A program made the position numbers and the translations under genes. The notes under the pieces were generated by a model. The model was not told the origin of the DNA, did not search any database, and was given only the letters and a program-made list of their open reading frames with translations. Positions 11,364 to 20,486 of a DNA stretch of 64,000 nucleotides are shown one piece after another. This DNA is from a virus (lineage: Duplodnaviria > Caudoviricetes): positions 740 through 64,739 of the IMG/VR virus record IMGVR_UViG_3300037193_001172; one strand, written 5' to 3'. Numbering within the stretch: the first letter of the stretch is position 1; each line of letters begins with the position of its first letter.

Positions 11364-12156
11364 ATGCTCGAAGACGCCATCGGACGTGCCGAGAAGGCAC
11401 TGGATCACATCGACAAGCAGCGACGCGGCGGTGAGTCGCCCTCCCAGGGCCGCAATCCGCAAGGCTCATCCTCGCTGGTGTCGCTCTCCTACTCCGACCT
11501 CAAGTTCCTGGTCGACGCAGCAAAGGGGGCGCCATGTACTCCGTAGTCGACTTCAGCGCCGTACCGCAGAAGACCGACCGCGCCGAAGCGGTCGACCTCA
11601 AACGAGAGCTGGTGCTCGCCAACCCTGACGCCGACTGGCAACTGGTCAGCACCATCCCTGATGTCGAGCCGGACAACAATGCGCTCGAAAGGCTCTACGC
11701 TCTTTGCCACCAGCTGCTGACCGTGAGCAAGATCAATCCGGTCAAGCTGGAAATGAAGCTGACCAACATGCTCGGCGAAGAGACGACGTACACCGCCGCC
11801 CGCATCATGATCGATGCACGGGCCAAGCTCGATGAATAAGTTTTTCGCCGCCGTGCTCATTGCCGTGGCGGTCATCGCGGCCGCCATCAAATCACTCTTC
11901 GAGGACTGATCTCGTGGCTCGTATTTTCGAGAATGACATACCTGCTGTTATCGCCTCCCTGCAAATGCTCTTGGCCGCGAACAACACGCCGGTCATCAGC
12001 GGGCTGAGCGAGGATGAAGTAGCACTGCTGCGCGAACACCGTCGCAAGATCCAGATCGACGAGCTGTTCAAGAAAGGCATCGAGATCGCGCCCCCGCGGA
12101 AGATCGAGCCGTCGCCGCTAGGCATCGTAGAGCAGCCGTCGGCGTGCTCACCGTGA
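11364..12156 (+). CDS. Small hypothetical genes (11364-11546, 11534-11839, 11832-11909 a 25-aa hydrophobic peptide, ~11914-12156)
   Basis: Tiled ORFs downstream of the promoter. Confidence 0.6.
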
Positions 12157-12161
12157 GCAGC

Positions 12162-12284
12162 ATGACCCGCAAGCACGTGTTCCTGCCGGCGACGCTCGTG
12201 CGCAAGCTGCAAGTCGAGGCGCGCAAGAAAGGCATCGGCCTGTCGGAGCTGATCCGAAAGATCCTGCTGTCCTACTTCGACTAG
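12162..12284 (+). CDS. Ribbon-helix-helix (CopG/Arc-like) DNA-binding protein, 40 aa, absent from the ORF track
   Basis: MTRKHVFLPATLVRKLQVEARKKGIGLSELIRKILLSYFD fits the RHH pattern; an in-frame GTG at 12153 overlaps the upstream stop. Confidence 0.85.
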   Translation: MTRKHVFLPATLVRKLQVEARKKGIGLSELIRKILLSYFD

Positions 12285-12293
12285 CGCGCAGCC

Positions 12294-14501
12294 ATGCCTT
12301 ACGGCGCAACCCTGGCGGAGTGGGAGGCTTTCGCGTCTCTCGACTTGCCCAACCTGCTGCCATACGTGGCAGATCCGGATGTGCCTACGCATCCGAGCAG
12401 CAAGGTCAAGGCCGGGCAGAAGATCCCTGGCTTCGTTTACGAAGGCGCGCGCGGCTACGGCGTGATGGGCTTCCGTGCCTGGAACGACCCGGCCAAGATC
12501 ACGCGCTCAGTCGACGACTGGAAGAAGGATTCACGTCTGGGCATCTGCTTGCGCATGATGACCATCAAGGCGTTCGACATCGATGTGCCGAACCTCGAAG
12601 CGGCGATGGAGATCGAGGCGTACATCCGCGAGTTCTTCGGCGTCGATGGCATGATGTTGCCGGTGCGCACCAGGCAAGGCACCGGCAAGCGCGCGATGAT
12701 CTACCGTCTGCGCGAGCCCGAGGCGATCAGCCTGCATCGAGTGCACATCGATCGCAACCTGGGCATGGTCGAGTTCCTGGGCGACAAGCAACACCTGTGC
12801 GTCGCTGGCGGCCACCCGGAAGGCGGCCGGTACGAGTGGGACGATGGCCTGCCGACCAAGCTATCGCAGATCCCCGAGCTCGATCTGGATCAGGTGCTGG
12901 AGCTGGCGCGACAACTCGCCGACGACTTCGCACCGAAGGGTTGGCACCGCGAGTGGCGGCACAAGACCGAGTACACGCCGCGCTCGTACAAGGCCGATGC
13001 GTTCGACGATGACCCGGCCGTCAAGCACATCATCGACACCGAATGGTTCATCGACTTCAGCGTCAACGGCGGCATCTACGTGCGCTGCCCGTGGACGCAC
13101 TACCACTCCCGCGACTCGGGGCCGACGGAAGCAGAGTTCTTCCCCGCTGGCAGCAACGGCCTGGAGAATCCTGGCTTCAAGTGCCTGCACGGGCACAGCC
13201 TGTGCCCCACCGGTCCCTTCAGCCCCACCGGTACGGAATTCCTCAACGCGATCGGCTTCACTGCGATCGAAGTCACCAAAGAATTCGAGATCGTCGAGGC
13301 GCCCAAAGACAACCCAGCGGCGACACGACCGAAGTTCAGTTACAAGGGCAAGACGAATCGCATCGAGGCCGTGCTGCCCAACGTGGTCAGCATGCTGCAC
13401 TGGACCGAAGGCACGCACTACACCGTGCGGTACGACAGCTTCAAAGACACGATCCTATACCGCAACGGCAGCGGCGGCTGGAAGCCGATCATCGACGAGA
13501 CCTACACCGAGATCCAGCTGCGCTTCATGGCGCTCGGCATTGAAAGCACCCTGTCGGAAGATCTCGTCAAGAAGGGCCTGCGCTTCGTCGCCAAGGATCT
13601 TCAGATGGACTCGGCCAAGGAGTGGCTGAACTCGCTGCAATGGGACGGCGTGCCGCGCATCGAGAATTTCCACCGGCGCGTGCTGAAGCTGCCGAACGAT
13701 CCTTACTACGTTGCCGTGTGCCGCTATATGTGGACCGCCCTCGCCGGCCGAGTGCTGGAGCCAGGCTGCAAGGCGGACATGGTACCGATCCTCACCGGGG
13801 CGCAGGGCCTGCGCAAGTCATCGCTGGTAGAGGCGCTTGCGCCGAGCCGCGACGAGTACACCGTCGTCAGCCTGAATGATCGGGAAGAGAACCTGGCACG
13901 CCAGCTGCGCGGCCGCATGGTGCTGGAGTGGGACGAGCTGCGCGGCCTGATGACGCGCGACGCCGAGAGCATCAAGGGTTGGGTGTCGCGTCGCAAGGAT
14001 GACTGGATTCCGAAGTTCAAGGAGTTCGCCACGTCGCTGGAGCGCCGCTTCCTGCTCATCGGCACCGCCAACCCGCAGCGCTTCCTCAACGATCCGACCG
14101 GACACCGGCGCTGGCTGCCGATGTTCATCACCGAAGTGATCGATGTCGACTACGTGACCGACAACCGCGAGCAGCTGTGGGCCGAGGCTGCCGTGATGTA
14201 CCACCGCCACCTGGCCGCCACCAACGGCCGCAGCGGCGTGATGTACGAGGAAGCCGAGCAGCTGGCGAAAGCCGCGCAGCGCCGGGCCACCGTGCGCGAT
14301 CCGTGGGTCGATGCGCTCCAGCAGTGGGCCGATGCCGAAGACCGCAACGCCGGTACGTCGTCGCTCGACATCCTGCATCAAGCGTGCAGCATCGGCACGT
14401 CGCAAATCACCTACGGCACGCAGGATCGGTTGATCCGCGCGCTCACCTACCTGGGCTGGGATCAGAACGAAGCCGGCCTTTGGTTCCCCCCGCTCGCATA
14501 A
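12294..14501 (+). CDS. Primase-polymerase fused to VirE-family helicase/ATPase
   Basis: N-terminal prim-pol (AFDIDV, GGHPEGGRYEW); central CPWxxxH...FKCLH; LQWDGVPRI, GCKADMVPILTGAQGLRKSS, DPTGHRRWLP, REQLWAEA. Confidence 0.92.
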   Translation: MPYGATLAEWEAFASLDLPNLLPYVADPDVPTHPSSKVKAGQKIPGFVYEGARGYGVMGFRAWNDPAKITRSVDDWKKDSRLGICLRMMTIKAFDIDVPNLEAAMEIEAYIREFFGVDGMMLPVRTRQGTGKRAMIYRLREPEAISLHRVHIDRNLGMVEFLGDKQHLCVAGGHPEGGRYEWDDGLPTKLSQIPELDLDQVLELARQLADDFAPKGWHREWRHKTEYTPRSYKADAFDDDPAVKHIIDTEWFIDFSVNGGIYVRCPWTHYHSRDSGPTEAEFFPAGSNGLENPGFKCLHGHSLCPTGPFSPTGTEFLNAIGFTAIEVTKEFEIVEAPKDNPAATRPKFSYKGKTNRIEAVLPNVVSMLHWTEGTHYTVRYDSFKDTILYRNGSGGWKPIIDETYTEIQLRFMALGIESTLSEDLVKKGLRFVAKDLQMDSAKEWLNSLQWDGVPRIENFHRRVLKLPNDPYYVAVCRYMWTALAGRVLEPGCKADMVPILTGAQGLRKSSLVEALAPSRDEYTVVSLNDREENLARQLRGRMVLEWDELRGLMTRDAESIKGWVSRRKDDWIPKFKEFATSLERRFLLIGTANPQRFLNDPTGHRRWLPMFITEVIDVDYVTDNREQLWAEAAVMYHRHLAATNGRSGVMYEEAEQLAKAAQRRATVRDPWVDALQQWADAEDRNAGTSSLDILHQACSIGTSQITYGTQDRLIRALTYLGWDQNEAGLWFPPLA

Positions 14502-14512
14502 GGAGAAGTAAC

Positions 14513-14737
14513 GTGGACAACCAGCATCGTGAAATCAAGGGCTACCGTGAGCTGTCGCAGGAGGAAATCGACCTGATGAACTCGATCAAGACGGTCGGCC
14601 CCTCGCTGGAAGCGCTGGTCGCCAGCCTGCGCAGCAACCCCAGCCTCGACCAGCGCTGGGTCAGCATCGGCGCCACCGATTTGCAGACGGGCCTCATGGC
14701 GTTGACTCGCGCCGTGGCGAAGCCGACGTTCTTCTGA
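14513..14737 (+). CDS. acb2: Anti-CBASS Acb2-family cyclic oligonucleotide sponge
   Basis: RBS AGGAG and GTG start; DNQHREIKGYRELSQEEIDLMNSIK...RWVSIGATDLQTGLMALTRAVAKP closely matches Acb2 as recalled. Confidence 0.88.
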   Translation: MDNQHREIKGYRELSQEEIDLMNSIKTVGPSLEALVASLRSNPSLDQRWVSIGATDLQTGLMALTRAVAKPTFF

Positions 14738-14740
14738 GTC

Positions 14741-14777
14741 GCTTGACAACGTGTGCCTGACAGGCACACACTACAAT
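14741..14777 (+). promoter_or_regulatory. Putative promoter with embedded palindromic operator (copy 2)
   Basis: TTGACA (14743-14748)-18 nt-CACACT with TACAAT at 14772; palindrome GTGTGCCT-gac-AGGCACAC at 14751-14769. Confidence 0.78.
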
Positions 14778-14801
14778 TACCAACCAGAAAGGAGATCCAC
14801 C

Positions 14802-15257
14802 ATGCTGTTCGAGCGTCTTGTTACCGCCCTCGAAGCCATCGCGAAAGCGCTGGCCGAAGGCAAGTCCATCCCCGGCGTGATCCCCGGTGCGGCCGCCGCT
14901 GCTCCGGCTCCCGCCGCTGCGGCCCCGGCCGACGCGAAGCCGACCACGCGCGGCAGCGGCGGCAAGAAGCAGGAGACGGCTGCTCCGGCTGCTGCTACCA
15001 CGGCGGCTCCTGCTGCCCCGGCCGCTGCCACCCCGCCTCCGGCTGTCAACACGATCCCGTACGACCGGCTGAAGAAGGCGGTGATCGATCTGGCGCAGGT
15101 GCCCAACGGCGGCCGCGCCGCTGCCGTCGCGCTGCTCGACAGCTACGGCGTGAAGAAGGCCGACGCTGCGCCGCCCGAGAAGTGGCCGGAAATGTTCGAG
15201 AAGGCCGTCGCGGAAATGACGCGCCTGACGAGCGACACCGGTGGCGATTTCGCGTAA
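14802..15257 (+). CDS. Ala/Pro-linker protein usually found upstream of DUF2800 genes
   Basis: RBS AAGGAG; N-terminal helix, AP-rich linker and C-terminal helical domain. Confidence 0.75.
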   Translation: MLFERLVTALEAIAKALAEGKSIPGVIPGAAAAAPAPAAAAPADAKPTTRGSGGKKQETAAPAAATTAAPAAPAAATPPPAVNTIPYDRLKKAVIDLAQVPNGGRAAAVALLDSYGVKKADAAPPEKWPEMFEKAVAEMTRLTSDTGGDFA

Positions 15258-15269
15258 CCGGCATCACCT

Positions 15270-15293
15270 GCCTGGCCCCGCAAGGGGCCAGGC
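15270..15293 (+). other. Perfect 10-bp hairpin with GCAA tetraloop
   Basis: GCCTGGCCCC-GCAA-GGGGCCAGGC; no U-tract, so processing or stabilisation is more likely than termination. Confidence 0.6.
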
Positions 15294-15312
15294 TCAACCG
15301 AGGGGCTTGGCG

Positions 15313-15504
15313 ATGGACGACCACAAATTCAATCTGCTATTTGAAATGGAACAGACGCGCGACGATGCACTGAAAGCCGAACGCGCCGAGCTGCGCGAGT
15401 TCCGCCGTGCAATGCTGCACTGGCAAGAGATGATGTTTTCTCTCGCAGCGATCCAGTGCCTGGCTCTGCTCGGCCTGCTCGTTGCCTACATCGTGAAGGG
15501 CTGA
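15313..15504 (+). CDS. Small protein with C-terminal TM helix
   Basis: 63 aa with hydrophobic C-terminus. Confidence 0.6.
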   Translation: MDDHKFNLLFEMEQTRDDALKAERAELREFRRAMLHWQEMMFSLAAIQCLALLGLLVAYIVKG

Positions 15505-15508
15505 AGCC

Positions 15509-16705
15509 ATGAAGCATTCCATCTTCTCCGCATCCGGTGCGTCGCGCTGGTCCGCATGCCCTGGCTCGCTTGCGCTGAGCCGCGGTGCGCCGCGCACGAG
15601 CAACCCGGCCGCGCGCGAGGGTACCGCCGGTCACACCCTGGCCGAGCACTGCCTGGCCGTGGACGCGCCGCTCCCTGAGCCCGTGGATCACGAGGGCGAG
15701 ATCATCGAAGTGGAAGGCTTCGAGATCGAAGTCACCGAAGACCTGGCGCTGGCCGTGCAGTCCTACGTGGACTACGTGCGCGGCTTCAGCGGCCTGCGCT
15801 GGACCGAGACGACCAGCAACTACGCCAACCTGCTCGGTGTCGACACCGAGGAAGGCTTCGGCACGAACGACTGCATCATCCTCGACGGCACGATCCTGCA
15901 CGTCATCGACCTGAAGCTCGGTCGCGGGTTCGTCGATCCTGTCAAGAACAAGCAGTGCATCCTCTACGCCGCCGGTGCGGTCGACGCGATCGAGGCGGTC
16001 GGCGAAGAGATCACCGAGATCCACATCCATATCTTCCAGCCGCGCGTGAGTGAGAAGCCGATCCCGTACGTGCTGACGCGCGACGAGCTGCGCGAGCAAG
16101 TAGAGCTGCTGCGCGCCGCTGCACAGCGCGCGCAGGAGGCGATGCTCACGTTCGCGCCTGAATCCATCCGCGATTGGAAGTGGGTCAAGGAATACCTGCA
16201 CGCTGGCGAGACGCAGTGCAAGTATTGCCCGGCCGCTGCGTTCTGCCCGCAGCTGCGCGGCTACGCCGAAGACCTGACAGGTGACGACATCGATTACATC
16301 GGCGGCGCCGGCCCTGGCTTCCTGTCCGAAGCGTTGAGCCGCGTGCCGCTGGTCGAGCGCTGGATCGAGGCGGTGCAGGAAGCGGCCATGTCGCGGCTCT
16401 CCGCCGGCAAGCCGGTCGACGGCTACAAGCTGGTGCTCGGCCGCGAGGGCAACCGCAAGTGGACCGATGCCGAGAAGGCGGAAGCCGCGTTTGCCGACTT
16501 GGATGTTGCACTCACCCATGCACCGGCGAAGCTGCTGAGCCCGGCGCAGATCGAGAAGGCGCTGAAGAAGGCCAAGATCAAGCGCGACCTCGATCCGCTC
16601 ATCACCCGCAACCCCGCCAAGCCGACGATGACGGTCGAGACCGACCCGCGTCCGGCCTGGAGTCCGAACGAAGCGATCGCCGAAGAGTTCGGTATCGTTG
16701 AGTGA
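15509..16705 (+). CDS. DUF2800 Cas4-like PD-(D/E)xK exonuclease
   Basis: HSIFSASGASRWSACPGS, EGTAGH, FGTNDC, VIDLKLGRG, CKYCPA...CP. Confidence 0.92.
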   Translation: MKHSIFSASGASRWSACPGSLALSRGAPRTSNPAAREGTAGHTLAEHCLAVDAPLPEPVDHEGEIIEVEGFEIEVTEDLALAVQSYVDYVRGFSGLRWTETTSNYANLLGVDTEEGFGTNDCIILDGTILHVIDLKLGRGFVDPVKNKQCILYAAGAVDAIEAVGEEITEIHIHIFQPRVSEKPIPYVLTRDELREQVELLRAAAQRAQEAMLTFAPESIRDWKWVKEYLHAGETQCKYCPAAAFCPQLRGYAEDLTGDDIDYIGGAGPGFLSEALSRVPLVERWIEAVQEAAMSRLSAGKPVDGYKLVLGREGNRKWTDAEKAEAAFADLDVALTHAPAKLLSPAQIEKALKKAKIKRDLDPLITRNPAKPTMTVETDPRPAWSPNEAIAEEFGIVE

Positions 16706-16770
16706 CCCTCTGCGCCGTGGGGATCACGGCGCCCGTACTGCCCGGATGGCAGATCAACAGGAAAAGTGAA

Positions 16771-17379
16771 ATGACCACCAGTGCAACCAAAGTGATGCTG
16801 AAGAACGTGCGCCTGGCTTTCCCGGTGCTCGAAACCCCCGAAGCGTTCCAGGGCCAGGGCAAGCCGCGTTACTCGGCGACGCTGCTGTTCGATCCGGGTA
16901 GCGAGAACCACAAGGCCATCGAGGCAGCGATGCTCGCCGCAGCCGGTGCGAAGTGGGGCGTGAACAAGGCGGCCGCTGCTGTCGCCGGTCTCACCAAGAA
17001 CGGCAAGGTCGCCCTCGGCGACGGCAACGAGAAGGACAAGTACGAAGGCTTCGAGGGCAAGCTGTATATCGGCGCGCACTCGAAGGAGAACGCCCCGCCG
17101 ACGCTGCTCGACGGCCAGCGCAAGACGTTGCCGCGCAACACCGGCATGATCTACGCCGGCTGCTACGTCAACGCCAGCGTCGAGATCTGGGCACAGGACA
17201 ACCAGTACGGCAAGCGTCTCAACGCGAGCCTGCGGGGCCTCCAGTTCGTCAAGGATGGCGATGCGTTTTCGGGCGGCCGTCCGGCCGACGCCGACGAGTT
17301 CGAGCCGGTGGAAGGTGCTACCGCCACCGACGAAGACTTCGACAGCGCTGAGAAGGCGGTCGACGAAGAGTTCGCGTAA
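16771..17379 (+). CDS. DUF2815 ssDNA-binding/annealing protein
   Basis: LKNVRLAFP, YSATLL, IYAGCYVNASV, LRGLQFVKDGDAFSGG and acidic tail. Confidence 0.92.
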   Translation: MTTSATKVMLKNVRLAFPVLETPEAFQGQGKPRYSATLLFDPGSENHKAIEAAMLAAAGAKWGVNKAAAAVAGLTKNGKVALGDGNEKDKYEGFEGKLYIGAHSKENAPPTLLDGQRKTLPRNTGMIYAGCYVNASVEIWAQDNQYGKRLNASLRGLQFVKDGDAFSGGRPADADEFEPVEGATATDEDFDSAEKAVDEEFA

Positions 17380-17580
17380 GAACAGCTGGGCGGCTCGCCG
17401 TCCCCCGAGTGGCTGCAACTTGACAGCCTACCTCCCGCCAGTCTTCTCTCAGGTTGCCCGCGCTTCGAGAGCCTGAGTTAGTGATCCAAAGCATGGGCGA
17501 GCCTTAAACGTCCAACATGCGATGGCTGGAACGAGCGTGTGGCCCCGACGACACCGGGGCACTCTTCTCTGGAGCGCCGC
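17380..17580 (+). ncRNA. Candidate structured RNA or 5-prime leader of the DNA polymerase gene
   Basis: 200-nt gap with several stems (GGCTG/CAGCC, CTCAGGTT/AGCCTGAG, GCATG/CATGC, GCCCCG/CGGGGC). Confidence 0.4.
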
Positions 17581-19626
17581 GTGACTGTATTCGCCGACTC
17601 GGAAACCTTCAGCTGGGTGCCGCTTTCAAAGGGCCTGCTGAACTACGCCGATCAGTCCGAGATCCTGATCTTCACGTACGCGTTCGACGATGGCCCAGTG
17701 CAGCTGTGGCAGCCGGACATCGAGCCAATGCCAGAGGACTTGCGCGCAGCCATTGAGCGCGGCGAGCGCTTTGTCTTCCACAACTCGCAATTCGACCGCA
17801 CGCTGTTGCGTGCCAACGGTGTTTGGATTCCGGTCGAGTGCATCCACGACACGATGATCCAGGCGTTCGCGCATGGCCTGCCCGGTCAGCTCGAAGAGCT
17901 GTGCCGCGTGTTCGGGCTGACTGACGAAGCCAAGAGCAAGGCCGGCAAGCAGCTGATCCATCTGTTCTGCAAGCCGAACAAGAAAGGCCAGCGCAACACG
18001 CGCGACACGCATCCGAAGCAGTGGGACGAGTTCTGCGTCTATGCGAAGCAGGACGTGGTTGCAATGCGCGCTCTCTACAGGCTGCTGCCGCGCTGGAACT
18101 ATCCTGATGGCAGCGACTACCAGGTGTGGCTGCTCGACCAGCGCATCAACGACCGTGGCGTGGCGATGGATCTGGAGCTGGCGCGCGCGGCGATCGCTGC
18201 TGCGGCCGACACCAAGGAAGCGCTGGACGCCGATGTCGTCGAGGCTACCGACGGCGACGTGCAAGCGGCGACGCAGCGCGATCTTCTGCTCAAGCACATC
18301 GCCGAAGCCTACGGCGTCACCCTGCCGGACATGCGCGCCGACACGCTGCAACGCCGGATCGAGGACGAGTCGCTGCCGCTGGAGCTGCGCCAGCTGCTCG
18401 CGCTGCGCGTGCAGTCGAGCCGCAACACCGCATCGAAGTACACCGCGATCCTCGAAATGACGGCCAGCGACGGCCGGCTCCATCACTCGCTGCAATTCTG
18501 CGGCGCGCCGACCACCGGCCGGTGGAGCGGGCGCAAGCCGCAGTTCCAGAACTTGATGCGCCCGACGATGGCGCCCAACGACATCGACGAGGCGATCGGC
18601 CACATCAAGTCCGGCCACGTGACGATGCTGTACCGGGACGTGGCGCAGGTGCTCGGCAATGCCGTGCGCGGTACGATCATCGCGCCGCCAGGCCGCAAGC
18701 TGATCGCCGCGGATCTATCGTCGATCGAGGGCCGCATGCTGGCGTGGCTCGCGCGCGAGCAGTTCATCCTCGACTTCTACCGCGACGTGGACATGGGCCT
18801 GGTGGCGTACGACAGCTACATGCTGGCCTACGCCATGTGCTTCGGCGTCGACCCGGCGTCGGTCATCCGTAAGCAGCGCCAGATCGGCAAGCCAATCGAG
18901 CTCGCGTTCGGCTACGGCGGCGGCGTTGCGGCGTTCTTGAACTTCGCGATGGTCTACCACTTGGACTTGCAGGAAGTCGCCGAGGCGGTGTGGGCCACCG
19001 GCGACAAGAAGTTCCTGGTGCAGCTGCGCGACGAGAAGTACGAGTGGGCCAAGAGCAAGCGCTACCACGCCGGCCTCGACCGGTTCCAGTACAGCGCGTT
19101 CGAGTACACCAAGCTGAAGTGGCGCGATGCGCGGCCGCTGACGGTGAAGTTCTGGGCCGATCTCGCCACGGCTTTCGGCAACGCCGTGCGCACCGAGAAG
19201 AAGATCTACTCTGCCGGTCCGATCCAGTTCCTCCGCACCGGCCAGTGGCTGCGCATGCGCCTGCCGTCCGGTCGGCAGCTGTGCTTCCTCCAGCCGCGCA
19301 ACGATGCCAAGGGCCTGAGCTATGCCGGCGTCAACAAGTACACGCGCAAGTGGGGCCGCGTCTCGACGCACGGCGGGAAGCTGGCCGGCATCGCCACCCA
19401 GGCCGCGGCAAGCGACGTGCTGCGCGCGGCGCTGCCCCGCCTGGAAGCCGAGCAGTACGAGACGGTGATGAGCATCCACGACGAGGGGATCTGCGAGGTA
19501 CCGGACAGCCCGCTGTTCACCGCCGAGCGGATGAGCGAGCTGCTGACGATGGAGCTGCCGTGGGCACCGGGGCTGCCGTTGGCGGCCGATGGTTTCGAGA
19601 CGTACCGCTACAGGAAAGGAGAGTGA
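17581..19626 (+). CDS. Family A DNA polymerase with 3-5 exonuclease domain
   Basis: ExoI DSET, HNSQFDR, TGRWSG, motif A ADLSSIEGR, motif B RQIGKPIELAFGYG, motif C IHDE; GGAG RBS before GTG 17581. Confidence 0.96.
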   Translation: MTVFADSETFSWVPLSKGLLNYADQSEILIFTYAFDDGPVQLWQPDIEPMPEDLRAAIERGERFVFHNSQFDRTLLRANGVWIPVECIHDTMIQAFAHGLPGQLEELCRVFGLTDEAKSKAGKQLIHLFCKPNKKGQRNTRDTHPKQWDEFCVYAKQDVVAMRALYRLLPRWNYPDGSDYQVWLLDQRINDRGVAMDLELARAAIAAAADTKEALDADVVEATDGDVQAATQRDLLLKHIAEAYGVTLPDMRADTLQRRIEDESLPLELRQLLALRVQSSRNTASKYTAILEMTASDGRLHHSLQFCGAPTTGRWSGRKPQFQNLMRPTMAPNDIDEAIGHIKSGHVTMLYRDVAQVLGNAVRGTIIAPPGRKLIAADLSSIEGRMLAWLAREQFILDFYRDVDMGLVAYDSYMLAYAMCFGVDPASVIRKQRQIGKPIELAFGYGGGVAAFLNFAMVYHLDLQEVAEAVWATGDKKFLVQLRDEKYEWAKSKRYHAGLDRFQYSAFEYTKLKWRDARPLTVKFWADLATAFGNAVRTEKKIYSAGPIQFLRTGQWLRMRLPSGRQLCFLQPRNDAKGLSYAGVNKYTRKWGRVSTHGGKLAGIATQAAASDVLRAALPRLEAEQYETVMSIHDEGICEVPDSPLFTAERMSELLTMELPWAPGLPLAADGFETYRYRKGE

Positions 19627-19628
19627 CG

Positions 19629-19931
19629 ATGAACAACTGGGTCAAATTTGCTATCAACGCCGCTGAGATCCCGGAGCAGTTCACGAACATCGACATGGCA
19701 AAGTCTGATGTCCACAAAATTGAAGACCAGATTTTGGTCTACGTGTCGGAGTGCGACGCGCCTCCCACCACGGACGTTCCAGCGTGCATCAGCTTCACCC
19801 AGGCGCTGCTCGACAAAATGCCTGGGAAGCCTTGCGTCCATCTAGCTTTTAGCTTTGCGTTGATGGTCGTCGGCTGCTTGCAGGGAATCGATCTGGTACG
19901 AATGGAGCAAGCGAAAGCGAAGAAACACTGA
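19629..19931 (+). CDS. Hypothetical protein (100 aa), visibly lower GC
   Basis: RBS AGGAG; fills the gap between polymerase and VRR-NUC. Confidence 0.65.
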   Translation: MNNWVKFAINAAEIPEQFTNIDMAKSDVHKIEDQILVYVSECDAPPTTDVPACISFTQALLDKMPGKPCVHLAFSFALMVVGCLQGIDLVRMEQAKAKKH

Positions 19932-20212
19932 TGGGCCGCGCTGAAGCTACCGTCGAAGACTATCTGCGCGGGCGCGTCAAAGCGCTCGGCGGCGAAGTGC
20001 GGAAGGTTCTCTATCAAGGCCGGCGTGGCGCGCTCGATGCCTGGTGCTTCCTGCCAGGCGGCCGGCTCATCATCGTGGAGTGCAAGCGCCCCAGCCGCAA
20101 CAAGCTCGATCCGTTGCAAGAGGACGAGCTGGCGTGGCTGCTGCGCATGGGGTTCAAGGCAACATGGGTCAACTCGAAGGAGCAAGTCGATGAAATTCTG
20201 CGTAGCGTTTGA
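19931..20212 (+). CDS. VRR-NUC domain nuclease
   Basis: EATVEDYL...GRRGALD...VECKRP...LQ. Confidence 0.88.
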   Translation: MGRAEATVEDYLRGRVKALGGEVRKVLYQGRRGALDAWCFLPGGRLIIVECKRPSRNKLDPLQEDELAWLLRMGFKATWVNSKEQVDEILRSV

Positions 20213-20486
20213 TAAGGCGACACTGGAGGCAGCGATAGGCGTCGTGCCGGACGGTATCGAGTTCGGCAAGACCGGTTTCTACATCGTCGAGATCAACGAC
20301 GCTCACGTGGCTGTGTTCGTGGTTTCGCCCGAGACGCTGTTCGAGATCGACCTGGTGCATTTCACCCTGCACTCGTTGCAGATAATCCACCAGCAGCTCG
20401 GCGTCTTGCTCACGCCACCGGTCCTGTTGCACCTGATGCAGCAGATCGGCCAGGGTTCCGTCATGGCATCGAAGGCGGCGCACTGA
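20190..20486 (+). CDS. Hypothetical protein (98 aa)
   Basis: AGGAG RBS; TGATG overlap with the next gene. Confidence 0.6.
   Translation: MKFCVAFDKATLEAAIGVVPDGIEFGKTGFYIVEINDAHVAVFVVSPETLFEIDLVHFTLHSLQIIHQQLGVLLTPPVLLHLMQQIGQGSVMASKAAH

Noticed and set aside
15509-16705. Cas4-like nuclease as a sign of CRISPR-Cas
   Set aside because: Standard DUF2800 gene of this replication module; no array or other cas genes
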